Notes: generated by a model not told the origin, from the letters alone. Positions 1 to 11,504 are shown, counted from the first letter of the whole stretch. The stretch is DNA of 63,359 nt, filler included, from Chiloscyllium plagiosum (GCF_004010195.1; 5 parts of one record of this genome joined end to end with filler, not necessarily neighbours in it); one strand, 5' to 3'. Numbers and translations are program-made.

Positions 1-145
1 GAGTGGAGGGCTGCGCGTTCCGAGGGTGAGAGGTTGGAGTGGGTGAGAGGGGTGGGGGAGTTCAGGTGGCGGTTAATTTCGCGGCGGCAGTTGGCTATGA
101 AGAGGTCGAAGGCAGATAGGAGGCTAGCACGGGGTGTCCAGGTGC
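1..145 (-). mobile_element. Penelope-like element ORF fragment (region N-terminal to the RT)
   Basis: Minus strand reads TWTPRASLLSAFDLFIANCRREINRHLNSPTPLTHSNLSPSERAALH. The SNL...E..AL motif precedes the DKG motif in PLE proteins. Truncated by the window edge. Confidence 0.7.
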
Positions 146-221
146 TCTTCGGAGGGTCGGTGTGGACTTGTTGGGCCGAAGGGCCTGTTTCCATACTGTA
201 AGTAATCTAATCTAATCTAAT
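146..221 (+). mobile_element. HE1/V-SINE 3' end
   Basis: ggagggtcggtgtggacttgttgggccgaagggcctgtttcc plus a (TAATC)n tail, the same end as the fuller copies at 13005 and 20017. Confidence 0.8.
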
Positions 222-1111
222 ATCAGATTGGCAGTGGTGTTTGACACAAGAAACTACATCACTCACTACCAGTTGTGCCCAGATCTTCCACTAACTTACG
301 GATTGACCCAGTAGTATAATATTCCACATGTTTTTAAGAGCAGGGATGGGTGAAAACTTGTTGCAGTGTCCAGTGTCCCAGCAGCAATACAGGAAGAATG
401 CAGAGCCGATTAATGCCCAAGATTTCACAGGGTCTGAGGTCCAGGTGCCAAATTAAAAGATACTTGGACAGACACCCATCCTTAGCCATCCCAGCAATAT
501 CAGCCTGATTATGTGAGTGTAGGTTTGAAAGTTCAGCTGCTGGTTTGACCAGGCTGATTACACGGACTGAAAGTATGAAAGTGGCATCAATTACAGGAGA
601 GTGCTTATGTGGAACAGTTACTTAACAGGTGACATAAGCTGTCAAGGGGCTGCATAAACGGCTTGCTGTCCATTGAGATAATCGTCAATCCTTCTCTCTG
701 CTGCAGGACAAGCGGGCACACAATATCTGACAGCGGTCAAAGACAGGTGTCGGCTGTCCCTGACGTTTGCACATTGACCCTTGCAGAGGAGGTGGCCAAA
801 CTGGCTGGATCAGCACTCAGTTGTAAGGCTAGACTCTCATCACAACATGCTGTGAGCATATTACCATACGAATGCAATTATACTGCAGTCGCAAGGAATT
901 TGGAATAAAAGTGGAAAGTACAGGTGAAACTCAGCAGATCTAGCAGCATATGTGGAGAGTGAACCAAATTATTGGATTGAATCTGATATTCTTTTGGCTG
1001 AGTGCAAGTCGTATTGAGTTTTTATGATTGGTTGTCACTGCAAGGCCTAGTGAGTTTTTCTCACCATTTCTTTCCAAACGCTTAGTGTTGGCAATCTGGT
1101 GTTGCCCCTTA

Positions 1112-1475
1112 CTGGCAACCTTATGCCACAGCAGCCACAAATCCATGCTACCCACAGCACATAGCCAATATGGCTGACACTCCCTTGGACATCCAACTCA
1201 ATTCTGTCAACCTGGTCACTGTTTAATCACCAGAACACACAGTTTACCTGTCCGTAACTACATCCCATCTCAGCATTCTCTAAGTTAATGTTCCTGGCAA
1301 CCTTATGCCACAGCAGCCACAAATCCATGCTACCCACAGCACATAGCCAATATGGCTGACACTCCCTTGGACATCCAACTCAATTCTGTCAACCTGGTCA
1401 CTGTTTAATCACCAGAACACACAGTTTACCTGTCCGTAACTACATCCCATCTCAGCATTCTCTAAGTTAATGTTC
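1112..1475. repeat. Perfect 182-bp tandem duplication (2 copies)
   Basis: 1112-1293 and 1294-1475 are identical base for base (ctggcaaccttatgcc...taagttaatgttc). Confidence 0.95.
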
Positions 1476-1689
1476 CCAGTGCCCACTGAAGACTCGCACC
1501 TTGTCATTATTCTGTAAGGGAACATCACAAACGGTCAAGCGATGTGATAAATACAAACATAAACATGGTCTTTTATCTACAGAATGCAAAAGAGAACAAA
1601 AATGAAGCCACCAGAGATTGAGAGTTCCACCTTCAATGCCAACCAGATATCGGAATCTTGACCACAAAAGGTAACAGATCATGTGTATT

Positions 1690-1905
1690 GCACCCACCAT
1701 TTGGAACTGGGTATCGATGAGGTGCTGTCTGGCTTGTAATGCCCACTGTGGCTGAGCTCTGTCATGGACAATGTCAGCTTCCTCCTCCCCAGTGCTCTCA
1801 CCCTCCTCCACAGAAGATTGCTCCTGTTCTCTCAGTTCTTCAGCATCCAGCACATCTCCTTGTTGCCTGCTCCAGTTGTGCAGAGCTCAGCATACCAGAA
1901 CCATA
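1690..1905 (-). mobile_element. PIF/Harbinger transposase C-terminal remnant
   Basis: Minus frame reads MVLVC*ALHNWSRQQGDVLDAEELREQE...acidic...ARQHLIDTQF. This fits the Harbinger/HARBI1 C-terminal CCxLHN motif, acidic linker and R..LI...F end. In-frame stop at 1887-1889. Confidence 0.6.
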
Positions 1906-2469
1906 TTGGATCTATGGATGTTTGTGGAAGTTTGGAAGCCGTGGCATATCAGTACTTCCTGATATATGGTAGTTTCAGTCTTTTATCGTCCTTTATTAGT
2001 TTGGGAGATTGGAACATTGGAATACAGCAAGCCAACAGGGAAAGAGCTGAGGAATGAGACGAGTTAGAAATTTCTTCCAAAGTGCTAGTAGAGGCACAAG
2101 GGGCTGAATGGTCTCCTTTTGTGGTGTACAATACAATGATTCACCAAAGGCTTACATCATTCAGGCAGGCAGCCAACAGACTTTAACAACAGTTCTTAAC
2201 TAGGGAAGCCAGCTGTAGTTTGTACATTCCTCGTTGTCTTACCATTGTTCCAAAAATAGGGAAAATGACATTAGAAACTCGAAATGTGCCTATAAAATGT
2301 AATTAGGTGAGGATAAATTTTTAACAAATTAAAATTAAAATTGTTCACAGGAGTTTCCTGATCAACTCAAAATTAATTAAACATTCCTGTTGTCGGTCAA
2401 ATCCACTGATTCTGCACTGTGAAGTAGACCTTTCAGTGTTGGATAAGACCACCTATAAACTCAGCCAAC

Positions 2470-2750
2470 ACACCTCAGGCAGTGCTGAAGGAGTGCTGAA
2501 CTATCATACAATGATCGGCCAAAGCCCCTGTCCTTTCTTTCAAGTGGGTGTAAATGATCCCAAGACATCTTGGACGGACATCTCCCCAGTACCCTGGCCA
2601 AGATTTATCCCTCAAGTAATGGCTCAACAAAGCAGATGATCCGGTCACAATTTTATTGCTGCTTTGGGAGCTTGCTGTTTGCAAACTGGCTGAAGAATCT
2701 CCTCCATTACAACAGTGACAAAATTTCAAAAAGTATACTTGATTGGCAGC
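2470..2750 (+). mobile_element. Old Deu-domain SINE (SacSINE1/AmnSINE1-like)
   Basis: Degenerate core (ccctggccaagatttatccctcaa...gctgctttgggagcttgctgtttgcaaactggctg...ttacaacagtgac) shared with copies at about 12715-12910, 16100-16510, 31160-31440 and 42225-42440. The family name comes from my recollection of the Deu domain. Confidence 0.5.
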
Positions 2751-3529
2751 CGAGAATAGATATATCCTAACCCCTAAATGGCTCTACATAAATGCACGTT
2801 TTTATTATTTTTCTGGCTGATCACGAATAACGGAGTGACCATTTGTTTGGAGCTACTTCCACAATGACTCCAGGAGAATGCCAGAAATTCCATTGGGGCA
2901 TCTGCTGAATTCTCAGCAAAACCATGGTGAATTAGTATGCGTAACTCTACACTAATTCCCAGCCGTAGCTTGGTCTCATTTCCAGTCTTATATACCCATC
3001 TCCAATTCAATTGATTACTTTCTTCTTCTTTAAAATATTGTGCTCCCTTCTCTCCATCTACGGCCTGTAACCCCTCGGAGTGTTAGCAGTCCAAATTGTT
3101 ACTCAGCGTTTGATCCCACTGTGAAAATAAATCTATTCCCTTTCCCTCTCCAGCAAGACAAAAGTGGCTTTGTGAAGTGAACTGGAGTTTTGTTTTTTAC
3201 TTCTGCCTCTCAGCTTAGGAAGCAGAGATGGTTTTTTGTTATGATCCGGACTCACCAACCGTACAATAAAATCTTGCCAACTCAAAGTCTACTTGGAATT
3301 AATGGTTGAGTTCTGTTTGCGGTCATTGTTTGAAACTTAAGAATTTACTGAGATTTGGGAAATACTTTCATGCTCAAGAGTGTGTGAGGATTAAGCAGGC
3401 ACTAGACATCAACGCATTACAGGAAATTAAAAGATTAAAGTCACGATCATTCCTAATTATTCATTTGTATCCAACGAAAAAGCCACTTCCACAAGTGTCG
3501 TAAATTGACTATATGACACCTCAAAGTGT

Positions 3530-4020
3530 GAAATTTGAAAGGGTCCAGAGAAGATTTACAAGGATGTTGCCAGGGTTGGAGGGTTTGAGCTATAGGGAGA
3601 GGCTGAATAGGCTGGGTTATTTTCCCTGGAGTGTCGGAGGCTGAGGTGTGGCCTTAGAGAAATTTATAAAATCATGAGAGGCACGGATGGGGTGAATGGT
3701 CAAGGTCCTTTCTCCAGGCTAGGGGAGTCCAAAACTAGACTTTCAGGGTGAGAAGGGAAAGATTTAAAAGGGACCTCAGGGACAGCCTTTTCATGCAGAG
3801 AGTGATGCATGTATGGAATGAGCTGCCAGAGGACGTGGTGGAGACTGGTACAATTACAACATTTAAAAAGGCATCTGGATGGGTATACGAATAGGAAAGG
3901 TTTGTGGGAATATTGGCCAAATGTTGAAAAATGGAACTAAATTAATTTAGGATATCTGGTCGGCATGGATGAGTTGGGCTGAAGGGTCTGTTTCTGTGCT
4001 GTACATCGCTATGAATCTAT
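3530..4020 (+). mobile_element. CR1 (HER1-type) LINE 3' fragment
   Basis: Encodes [27 protein letters not shown] and FMQRVMHVWNELPEDVVE; the 3' UTR ends in a ctatga-type tail. Confidence 0.9.
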
Positions 4021-5174
4021 TTGCTCAACTCCATGAGCAGGCTTTCCAATCTGTCCTAGATTGCCTGTATCAATAATGCTGTTGACATGTGGGTATAATT
4101 ATGTATAACTAATAATAAAATACAATAAACCATAAAAAGGGTCTGGACAGAGGAGACAGTGGAAAAACTGTTCCCATTGCTACCAGCATTGAGAAAACAA
4201 GGGCAGAGATTTAAGATCCGGGATTTACAGGAATGTGGTTGTTTGTGTTTTGCGCCAGTTCTCCCTCCTCTTTGACACTTTGATAAGACACCACAGACCC
4301 TCTGGTATAGCAAGGAGCAATGGAAGCAGGAGGCAGAATGTTTTCACACAACGAGTCTTTAGGATTTGAAATGAGCTACCTGAGGGTGTGCTCTAGGCTA
4401 GTTCAGTCAAGGCTTTGAAGAAAGAATTTGATCATTTTTGGAAAGAAAAAGACTGACAGCAGAAAAGGAGAAGGAATGACAGCAGATGCATCAGGGAGTC
4501 AAAGCAGACGTGATGGGCTGTGCTTCTGTACTAATTCTTTTGCTTCATTCATCCTGAGGACTTCAGCAGCTGGGGTAGCATTTACTGGCCATCCTAATAA
4601 CTTTCGTGAACCACTGCAGCCCAGTGGGTATCGGTACACCCACAGTGCTATGAGGAAGGGGGTTTCAGCAGTTTTACCCAGCAACACTGAAGGTACAGTG
4701 ATGTCTTTCCAAGTCAGGATGGTGTGCAGTTTAGAGGAAAACTTGCAGGTAGAGATGTTCCCGTGTATCAGCTGATGGTAGAAGTCATGAGTGAGAACTA
4801 CCCTGCTGTTTGTTGTAAGAATATAGAGGACTGAGATTTCTGAGCTAAGCTGGTATGGTGGTGGGACCACTGCAGTTGGACTCAGTAATGTTAATTAGAA
4901 ATTGTAAGGTTGCAATATCTGATAAGGAATCCATGCTCCTCATTGGAAATACCTGTGAATGATGATGGAACTGAGCCAAGCTATGTTGAACTGTTCCCTT
5001 CAGAATGAATGCAGAGTAAAGCCTACATGGGTGCTACACTGAGAGTCTGGTGCCTTGCTAAGGTGTCAAAGAGAGGGGAGAACTGGCACAAATAAAAATA
5101 ACCACATTCTTGTAAACCACAGGGGCTATCACTACTCAAGTGCTTTCCTGTCCCTTGGGACACATCAGGCAGTA

Positions 5175-5372
5175 AAGTGCAAAGTCACCATTGTTCTACT
5201 GGACCATAAAGAGAGATGACTGGTGGTGATTTAACCTGAGGGTCACCACACCTCAGGCAAGATTAGAGCTTAAGAAGGAAGGTCTTTATGGTAATCTTAA
5301 CCAGTGCAAGAATTGAAGCCACATTGTTAGTATCACTCACCAGCTGTCCAGCCATCTGAGCTAACTGACCCC
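5175..5372 (-). mobile_element. tRNA-derived SINE, second family (related copies at 30108-30322 + and 38855-39337 -)
   Basis: Minus strand begins ggtcagttagctcagatgg (A-box-like) with ttcaattc (B-box-like). The body ggttaaa(t/c)caccacca and end atggtgacttt are shared among the three copies. Confidence 0.6.
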
Positions 5373-5694
5373 CAAAGCACACGGCTAAGTCTGTTTCCAT
5401 GGCCAGTTTTTCCTGGAACAAGTCATTAGTATATTACCAGAGGCTACGATTTGAGTGTTCCATATTATGAATGCACCTTCTGAGACTCCATCCTAGTTCA
5501 GAAGCAGCAACACAATCCATGCACCATGAGACCTCCACCTTCTGTGTGGATTTGAGTTTTTCTGAGGCAACATTATCTTACAGGTGACTATATCCATATA
5601 AGGAATTATTGATTGTGAATGCAGTCTCTGCTTTTTTGGAAACAGTCAAATCGGGTCAGTGTTTGGCTGACCTGAGCAGAAATATGGTCCACCT

Positions 5695-5918
5695 TCTAGT
5701 AATTGTAACAAGGTTAGCCAGCTGGACCTTACAGAATATTAATTTCCTGATTGGGGCTGTTAATCTGATCCAATCAGGAGCCCTGGTTGACAGATAAAAA
5801 GAAGAGATATTGACACTCTAATACTGCCTCATCAGAGATGCTATCAAAGCCCAAGACTGTTCATGTGTAAATAACAGGTGACTTGGTGAGAAGAACCAGA
5901 CTCTGTAGAGTTACTTCA
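5695..5918 (+). repeat. 5' LTR of Gypsy element
   Basis: Aligns with 11265-11504 (attgtaac..ccagctggacct..caatcagg(g)agccctgg..gactgttcatgtgtaaat..aggtgacttggtga..gagtta.ttca) and ends in CA. The start is uncertain by about 10 bp. Confidence 0.85.
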
Positions 5919-5919
5919 G

Positions 5920-5928
5920 TGGTGACGA
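5920..5928 (+). promoter_or_regulatory. Primer-binding site (TGGTGACGA)
   Basis: TGG-initiated motif 1 nt after the terminal CA of the 5' LTR, the canonical PBS position. Confidence 0.7.
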
Positions 5929-5996
5929 TATTAAAGCATGTTCTTGAAGAAACTCACTCGCAACATCTTTGAGTTGGGGTAAGCAATTCTGACATC

Positions 5997-6500
5997 ATGC
6001 CTTTGTTTGGGAAGCTTGACTCGTTTTACCCTGCTGTCAAGGACTGGGCCCAGTATGTGGATGGAGTGGGTTATTCTCTCTGTGCAAATGACATTGGGAC
6101 AGGAGAAAAGCAAACAGTAATTCTCCTGAAAGCCTGTGGGGTCACAGATCTTTCTGATATTAGGAGGCTAGTTTTCCATGAGGTACCAGACACTGAAACT
6201 TTTCAAGAATTGACAGACATTGGCAAAGAATATTATGACACAAAATTTCCTCCAATTCTGACACACTATCACTTTTACTCGACAATTCAAGAACCAGAGG
6301 AATTTGTATCAGGATTTTTGAGTAGGCTAAGATGATTTAAAAGCATTTTACTTTGGTTTAACACTTAGTGAAATCTTAGGACACCTTTTGGTATGTGGGA
6401 TTAATGATGTAACTATGCAAAAATGCATACTATTTGAAGCCCATTGGACTTTAAACAGACACCATAACTGGCTTTGTCATGAGAAAATACAACAAGTGGA
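5997..6500 (+). pseudogene. Gypsy gag remnant
   Basis: MPLFGKLDSF....DW.QY........ANDI, then F....QEPEEFVSGFLSRLR and a downstream LVCGIND motif typical of Gypsy gag. Disrupted. Confidence 0.8.
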
Positions 6501-7239
6501 GCATATGAGCTGCAGGGTATTCCAATGGAAGTGAACATAATTGCCAGTCTAACGTGCTTGAGGAACATCACTTGAGTGCAGGGAATTGCATAGTCACACT
6601 CAGGATGTATCCTGAACGGAGGGACTCTAGGTTGGCTGACTGCAAAACCCTAAAACAAACCAAGCCTCAATTAAACAAAACTTTCTTCATGATCCTGGCA
6701 GTAAGACATTGTAGTTGCTGCCTGTCTGTAAACTGAGGACAGCTGAAGAGTCCTACTGGACTTAAATTGAGTAAGAAAACTCAAAGGCTGGTATCCAGGA
6801 GAGTTCATAGCCTGGAAGGTCTACCTACATCTGGTTTGAAATTGCTTAACAGCATCAAAATCTGAACCAATCAAAATAAATGTCTGGTTAAATGGTCATC
6901 TGGTTCTAATGGAAGTCAATACCAGCATGGCCATATCAGTGATCACAGAATCAGTCTTTAACAAAATTCACTCTGGATTCCAGCCTTTAAGTTTGCACAG
7001 GACCTCAGCTGGACAGAGAACCGATACCGGGGAATGGGTACAACTTCATTTCTAGTCTCTTCTGAGAAGTAGCTGCCTCAGTTACCACTGATTGTACTAA
7101 AAGGCTTGTGGAGAAAGTGAGGTCTGCAGATGCTGGAGATCAGAGCTGAAAATGTGTTGCTGGAAAATCCCAGCAGGTCAGGCAGCATCCAGGGAACAGG
7201 AGAATCGACGTTTCGGGCATAAACCCTTCTTCAGGAATG

Positions 7240-7339
7240 NNNNNNNNNNNNNNNNNNNNNNNNNNNNNNNNNNNNNNNNNNNNTTAATTAATTAANNNNN
7301 NNNNNNNNNNNNNNNNNNNNNNNNNNNNNNNNNNNNNNN
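7240..7339. other. Assembly gap: N44-TTAATTAATTAA-N44 spacer
   Basis: Identical 100-bp construct at four sites; the 12-mer gives stops in all six frames. Confidence 0.97.
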
Positions 7340-7732
7340 ATAAGGCGTTGGGGTCCGGGGAAGCGAAAATCATGGAGCAGGTGGAGGGCGTGGGTGGTGT
7401 CCCGAACGTAGGTGGGGAGTTCTTGGACTAAGGGGGACAGGACGGTGTCAAGGTATGCGGAGATGAGTTCGGTGGGGCAGGAGCAGGCGGAGACAATGGG
7501 TCGGCCGGGGCAGTCAGGTTTGTGGATTTTGGGCAGGAGGTAGAAGCGGGAGGTGCGGGGTTGTGGGACTATGAGGTTGGAGGCGGTGGATGGGAGATCC
7601 CCCGAGGTGATGAGGTTATGGACGGTCTGGGAGATGATGGTTTGGTGGTGGGGGGTGGGGTCATGGTCAAGGGGGCAGTAGGAGGAGATATCTGCGAGCT
7701 GGCGTTTGGCCTCAGCGGTGTAAAGGTCGGTG

Positions 7733-8034
7733 CGCCAAACTACTACTGCGCCTCCCTTGTCTGCTGGTTTCGCCAAACTACTACTGCGCCTCCCTTGCCT
7801 GCTGGTTTCGCCAAACTACTACCGTGCCTCCCTTGTCTGCTGGTTTCGCCAAACTACTACCGCGCCTCACTTGTCTGCTGGTTTCGCCAAACTACTACCT
7901 CGCCTCCCTTGTCTGCTGGTTTCGCCAAATTACTACCGCGCGTCCCTTGTCTGCTGATTTCGCCAAACTACTAACGCGCCTCCCTTGTCTGCTGGTTTCG
8001 CCAAACTACTACCGCGCCTCCCTTGTCTGCTGGT
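7733..8034. repeat. Tandem array of about 8 x 38 bp (cgccaaactactaccgcgcctcccttgtctgctggttt)
   Basis: Units start at 7733, 7771, 7809, 7847, 7885, 7923, 7961 and 7999, with 0-2 substitutions each. The unit is the KPADKGGAVVVWR-coding segment of the PLE RT. Confidence 0.95.
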
Positions 8035-8145
8035 CTAAAAGGCTTGTGCGCAAGCTTGATCGAGACAAATTGTTTGCGAGAGATCCATCTTGACTTGCTC
8101 AACATTTTTTGCTTAGAAAAGGGCTGCCTGAGTGAAGTCCTAATT

Positions 8146-8426
8146 TAAGTCAGGAGCCACATGACACCAGGTTATAGTCCAACAGGTTTATTTGAAATCA
8201 GTAGCTTTAGGAGCACTGCTGCTTTGTCAGATGAAGTGGAAAGAAGCCCACAGCTCAAATTTATAGGCATCTATATATTCTGTGCCTGTGCGCTTCCCTC
8301 TAATTCACCTGATAAAGGAGCAATGCTCCACAAGCCTGTGATTTCAAATAAACCTGTTGGATGAAACCTGATGTCATGTGACTTTTGATTTTGTCCAGCC
8401 CAGTCCAACACCGGCATCTCCACATC
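8146..8426. mobile_element. Non-autonomous PLE-derived fold-back insertion (family B) nested in the Gypsy
   Basis: 10-bp TSD AGTCCTAATT at 8136-8145 and 8427-8436. Inverted arms (acaccaggttatagtccaacaggtttatttgaaatc / gatttcaaataaacctgttgga) and tail cagtccaacaccggcatctcc. Confidence 0.8.
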
Positions 8427-8439
8427 AGTCCTAATTAAA

Positions 8440-10790
8440 TACCTGGAAGTCTTCTATGAAGTTCTAAGGACTAATCAAAATAGCCAAGGCCATCTCTATT
8501 GTTGATCAAGAAGCAACTCCACAATTCTGCAAGATCCACTCAATGCCACTTGCCTTATGGGCAAAATTAGAGGCAGAAATCAATAGGCTGGAAAGTGAAA
8601 GAATCATCAAACCAGTCTGGTTTGCAGAATGAGCTGCATTGGTCGGTGCAATTCTGAAGCCTGTTGGGTTGGTTTGGCATTGTGGAGATTGTAAACAAAT
8701 GGTAAACTGCAGCTGGATAAATACCCAATCCCTTAGATAGAGGATTTATACACAAAGCTGCAGGGGGAATGTCCTTTAGGAAGCTGGACATAAGCCAAGC
8801 TTACTTGCAAATGTGGTTAGATGCGGATTCCCAGAAATATGTCCCCAATAATACCCTTAAAGGCAAGTACTAATATATGAGACTGCCATTTGGGGTATCA
8901 TCAGCCTGTTCAATTTTTGCAGCGAACAATGGAGAACATTTTGAAAGGTCTACCTCAGGTCGCCATTTACCAAGGTGACGTCCGAGTGACAGGGAAGACT
9001 AATAAAGGGCAGTTAAAGAACTTATAGTCCTAAGGCATTTTTCCAAGGTGTGCAAATGCCTAAGAAGGGAAAAATGTGTGTTCTAGGCACCCCAAGTGAC
9101 CCACTGGGGCTACAAAGTCGACAAGACCGGGTTGTTGGAAGTTAAAGTAGGGGTGATCAAATGTGCCCCAGCTCCCATGTCTGTCTGGGAGCTTAGGTCA
9201 TTTCTTGGCTGGTAAATTACTATGGAATGTTCATACATAACCTGGCCTATTCCTGGAACCTTTGCATCAACTCCCCAAAAAAAGTCAGACTTCGAAATGA
9301 TTGCATTGACAAGCCCTTAGTTTTTAAAGAAGTAAAGCAACAGCTGTCATCCTCTCAGGTGTTGGCACACTATGATTCGATGAAAGGTCTGACATGCAAT
9401 GCTTGCCCATATGGCATTGGGGTGGAATTAACTCATTGGTGGCCTAATGAAGAGGAACACTCAATAGTGTATGCATCTAGGACTTTGGCTAATGCAGAGC
9501 ACAAATGCACCCAGATAGAGAAAGAAGGATTGGTGCTCATATTTGGAGTCAGGAAGTTCTACCAATACATTTTTGGATGAAAATATGTGATCGCTGTGGA
9601 CCACAAACTCCTACTTCATCTGCTTAAAGAGGTCAAGGCTGGTGCAGCCCTTAGCTCTGGGCTGCAATTGATGGAGGACTCTAATACTGAATGCTTATAA
9701 TACAAGTTAGAACACTGTCTGCAATGGCTGAGTAGTGAACGCGGATGCATTGAGCCACCTCCCATTAGCAGATACCATCAGTGGTACTGCAGTGGAAGGG
9801 TCAGTAATGATATTAAATTTTCTGGACGCACTCCCAGTCTCAGCTGATCATATCAGACTTTTGATGCGGAAAGATCCAGTCCTTTCAAAACTGAAACACT
9901 TGGCGGTGACTGGGGAAACCAAAGGGCCATTCCAACCAGAATTGAAACCGTTTTGGAGTGAAGAGATTACAAGAGAGGTTGGCAAATTGTGACAGGGAGA
10001 AATCAGCTTAGTATAAAGTTTGATGGTTAGCTTATTAACCCCATTGTTACAGGGAACAACAGTGATTGTCACGAGCAAAGATCGCCACCAGATACTGGCT
10101 GAACTCCATCAGGATCATCCAGGGCTTTCCAAAATGAAGATGTTGGCAACAGATTATGCGTGCCTGCAGACATTGCCATATTGGTAGGTTACCAACAAGG
10201 ACAAAATTTACCACCAGCAACCTCCCCCACAACTACAGGAATGGACAGGTAAACCTCGGGCTTGGGTTACACGTTGACAGTGCAAGTCTTTTGAGGGGCT
10301 TAATGTTCTTAGTTATTGTCGATGCCCACTCAAAGTGGTTGGATGTACAAAGGGTCCATTCATCAAAAATGGGGACAACAAGAGAAGAACAGTGAGCACC
10401 TTTTTCAACACATACTGTCCCAAAACTGTTGGTCACAGAAAATGGGCCATCATTTACCAGCAGAAAATTTGAGTACTTCCTAAAGTCGAATGGTATTCAA
10501 CATATAAAGACAACCCCATACCATCCATCATCCAGTGGCCTAGCAGAAAGAACAGTCCAAATTTTGAATACAGTTTTGAAGAAACAGCATACAGCCTTGC
10601 CAGATACCAAGCTGTCACAGTTCTCATTTGATTACAGGACCATTTCACATGCATCTACAGGGACGGCACTGGCAAAGTTGGTAAGGTGTGGAAAGCTCTG
10701 CACCAGGTTGAGTCTGATCTTCCCAGAACTAGTGGGGAGGGTGAAACAACATCAGGAACATCAATGTTGGACACAAGACTGTGCCAAGTG
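8440..10790 (+). pseudogene. Gypsy pol remnant (RT-RNase H-integrase)
   Basis: ORF fragments 9227-9580, 9735-9992, 10156-10395 and 10429-10791 carry RNase H and integrase motifs in shifting frames. RT motifs lie at about 8780-8980. Confidence 0.88.
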
Positions 10791-11251
10791 AGAGAGACAA
10801 TTTTGATTCAGGGGTGAAGTTTGGTGTAAGATCACGGAAAAGACCCTACGTGGGTTAGAGGCAAGGTCAGGACCAGGGATGTATATGGTTTGAGTAGGTG
10901 CCATGGTCCTGAACAAGCATGTAGACCATAGGAAAGTTGTGAATTTGCTAACAGTATGAGAGCAAAACATGCTCTGCCCCTCCAAAGAGTTGGAAAGGCT
11001 GCTGGGAGCCATGGGTTCACCCTCTCTGTCGAGATGAGTCCTCACAATCTGATATGACCGATGTCGCCGCCTTGATGCCTTCACTGCCGGGAGGAGAGAG
11101 TGAAATTCAACTGAGGTGCTCCCGGGGCAAGAGGTGAGCTCCTGTGCTAGATACCACCTGTATTGGATGCTGAGTTCGAGGAACCTAACTCACTGCTAAA
11201 ATGGCCCAGGAGGCTCTCCAAGAAAAAGGACTGGCCTATGTCAGTGGGCTC

Positions 11252-11264
11252 AGAGTAGGAGGGA
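11252..11264 (+). promoter_or_regulatory. Polypurine tract
   Basis: AGAGTAGGAGGGA immediately before the 3' LTR. Confidence 0.65.
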
Positions 11265-11504
11265 TACTTTGATTGTAACGAGGTCAATGAGGTCAACCAG
11301 CTGGACCTCATAGAATATGAGCTCCCTTAGTGGGGCTAATCTGGTGCAATCAGGGAGCCCTGGCTGACAGATTAAAAAGGGGAGTGTCAGAGATACTGAC
11401 GCTGATAGCTGACTCGGAAGAGGCAATACTAAAGTCAATGACTGTTCATGTGTAAATTAAAGGTGACTTGGTGACAAACTACTAGCCATTGTGGAGTTAT
11501 TTCA
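11265..11504 (+). repeat. 3' LTR of Gypsy element
   Basis: Diverged direct repeat of 5695-5918, ending gtggagttatttca. Confidence 0.85.

Larger units (their letters stand above)
7111..8034 (-). mobile_element. 5'-truncated Penelope-like element nested in the Gypsy (3' end, gap, RT N-terminus, 38-bp array)
   Basis: 14-bp TSD CTAAAAGGCTTGTG at 7097-7110 and 8035-8048. The minus ORF KPADKGGAVVVW...RFYLLPKIHKPDCPGRPIVS...TYVRDT carries PLE RT motifs. Spans an assembly gap. Confidence 0.9.
5695..11504 (+). mobile_element. Decayed full-length Gypsy/Ty3 LTR retrotransposon with two nested PLE insertions
   Basis: Direct LTRs at 5695-5918 and 11265-11504, PBS-like TGGTGACGA and a PPT. Domain order is gag (5997-), protease (PIKINVWLNGHLVLMEVNTSMAISVI, about 6867-6945), RT (KLDISQAYLQM, RLPFGVSSA), RNase H (CNACPYGIG..L, YASRTLANAE....QIEKEGL, NADALSHLP) and integrase (LHVD, FLVIVDAHSKW, VTENGPSFTS, TTPYHPSSSGLAERTVQ). 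Many stops and frameshifts. Confidence 0.92.

Noticed and set aside
2800..2870. FWLITNNG, superficially like the SVEP1 vWA motif FLITDG
   Set aside because: An in-frame stop follows within about 10 codons and there is no further similarity.
7284..7295. TTAATTAATTAA as a homeodomain site or piggyBac TTAA target
   Set aside because: It is centred in fixed-length N runs at four places, so it is an assembly linker.
7733..8034. Regular 38-bp repeats resembling a CRISPR array
   Set aside because: Units are head to tail with no unique spacers, there are no cas genes, the context is vertebrate, and the unit is PLE RT coding sequence.
7522..8093. Plus-strand repetitive ORFs (RQTTTAPPLSAGFAKLL...)
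   Set aside because: They are antisense read-through of the PLE RT and its 38-bp array, not host genes.
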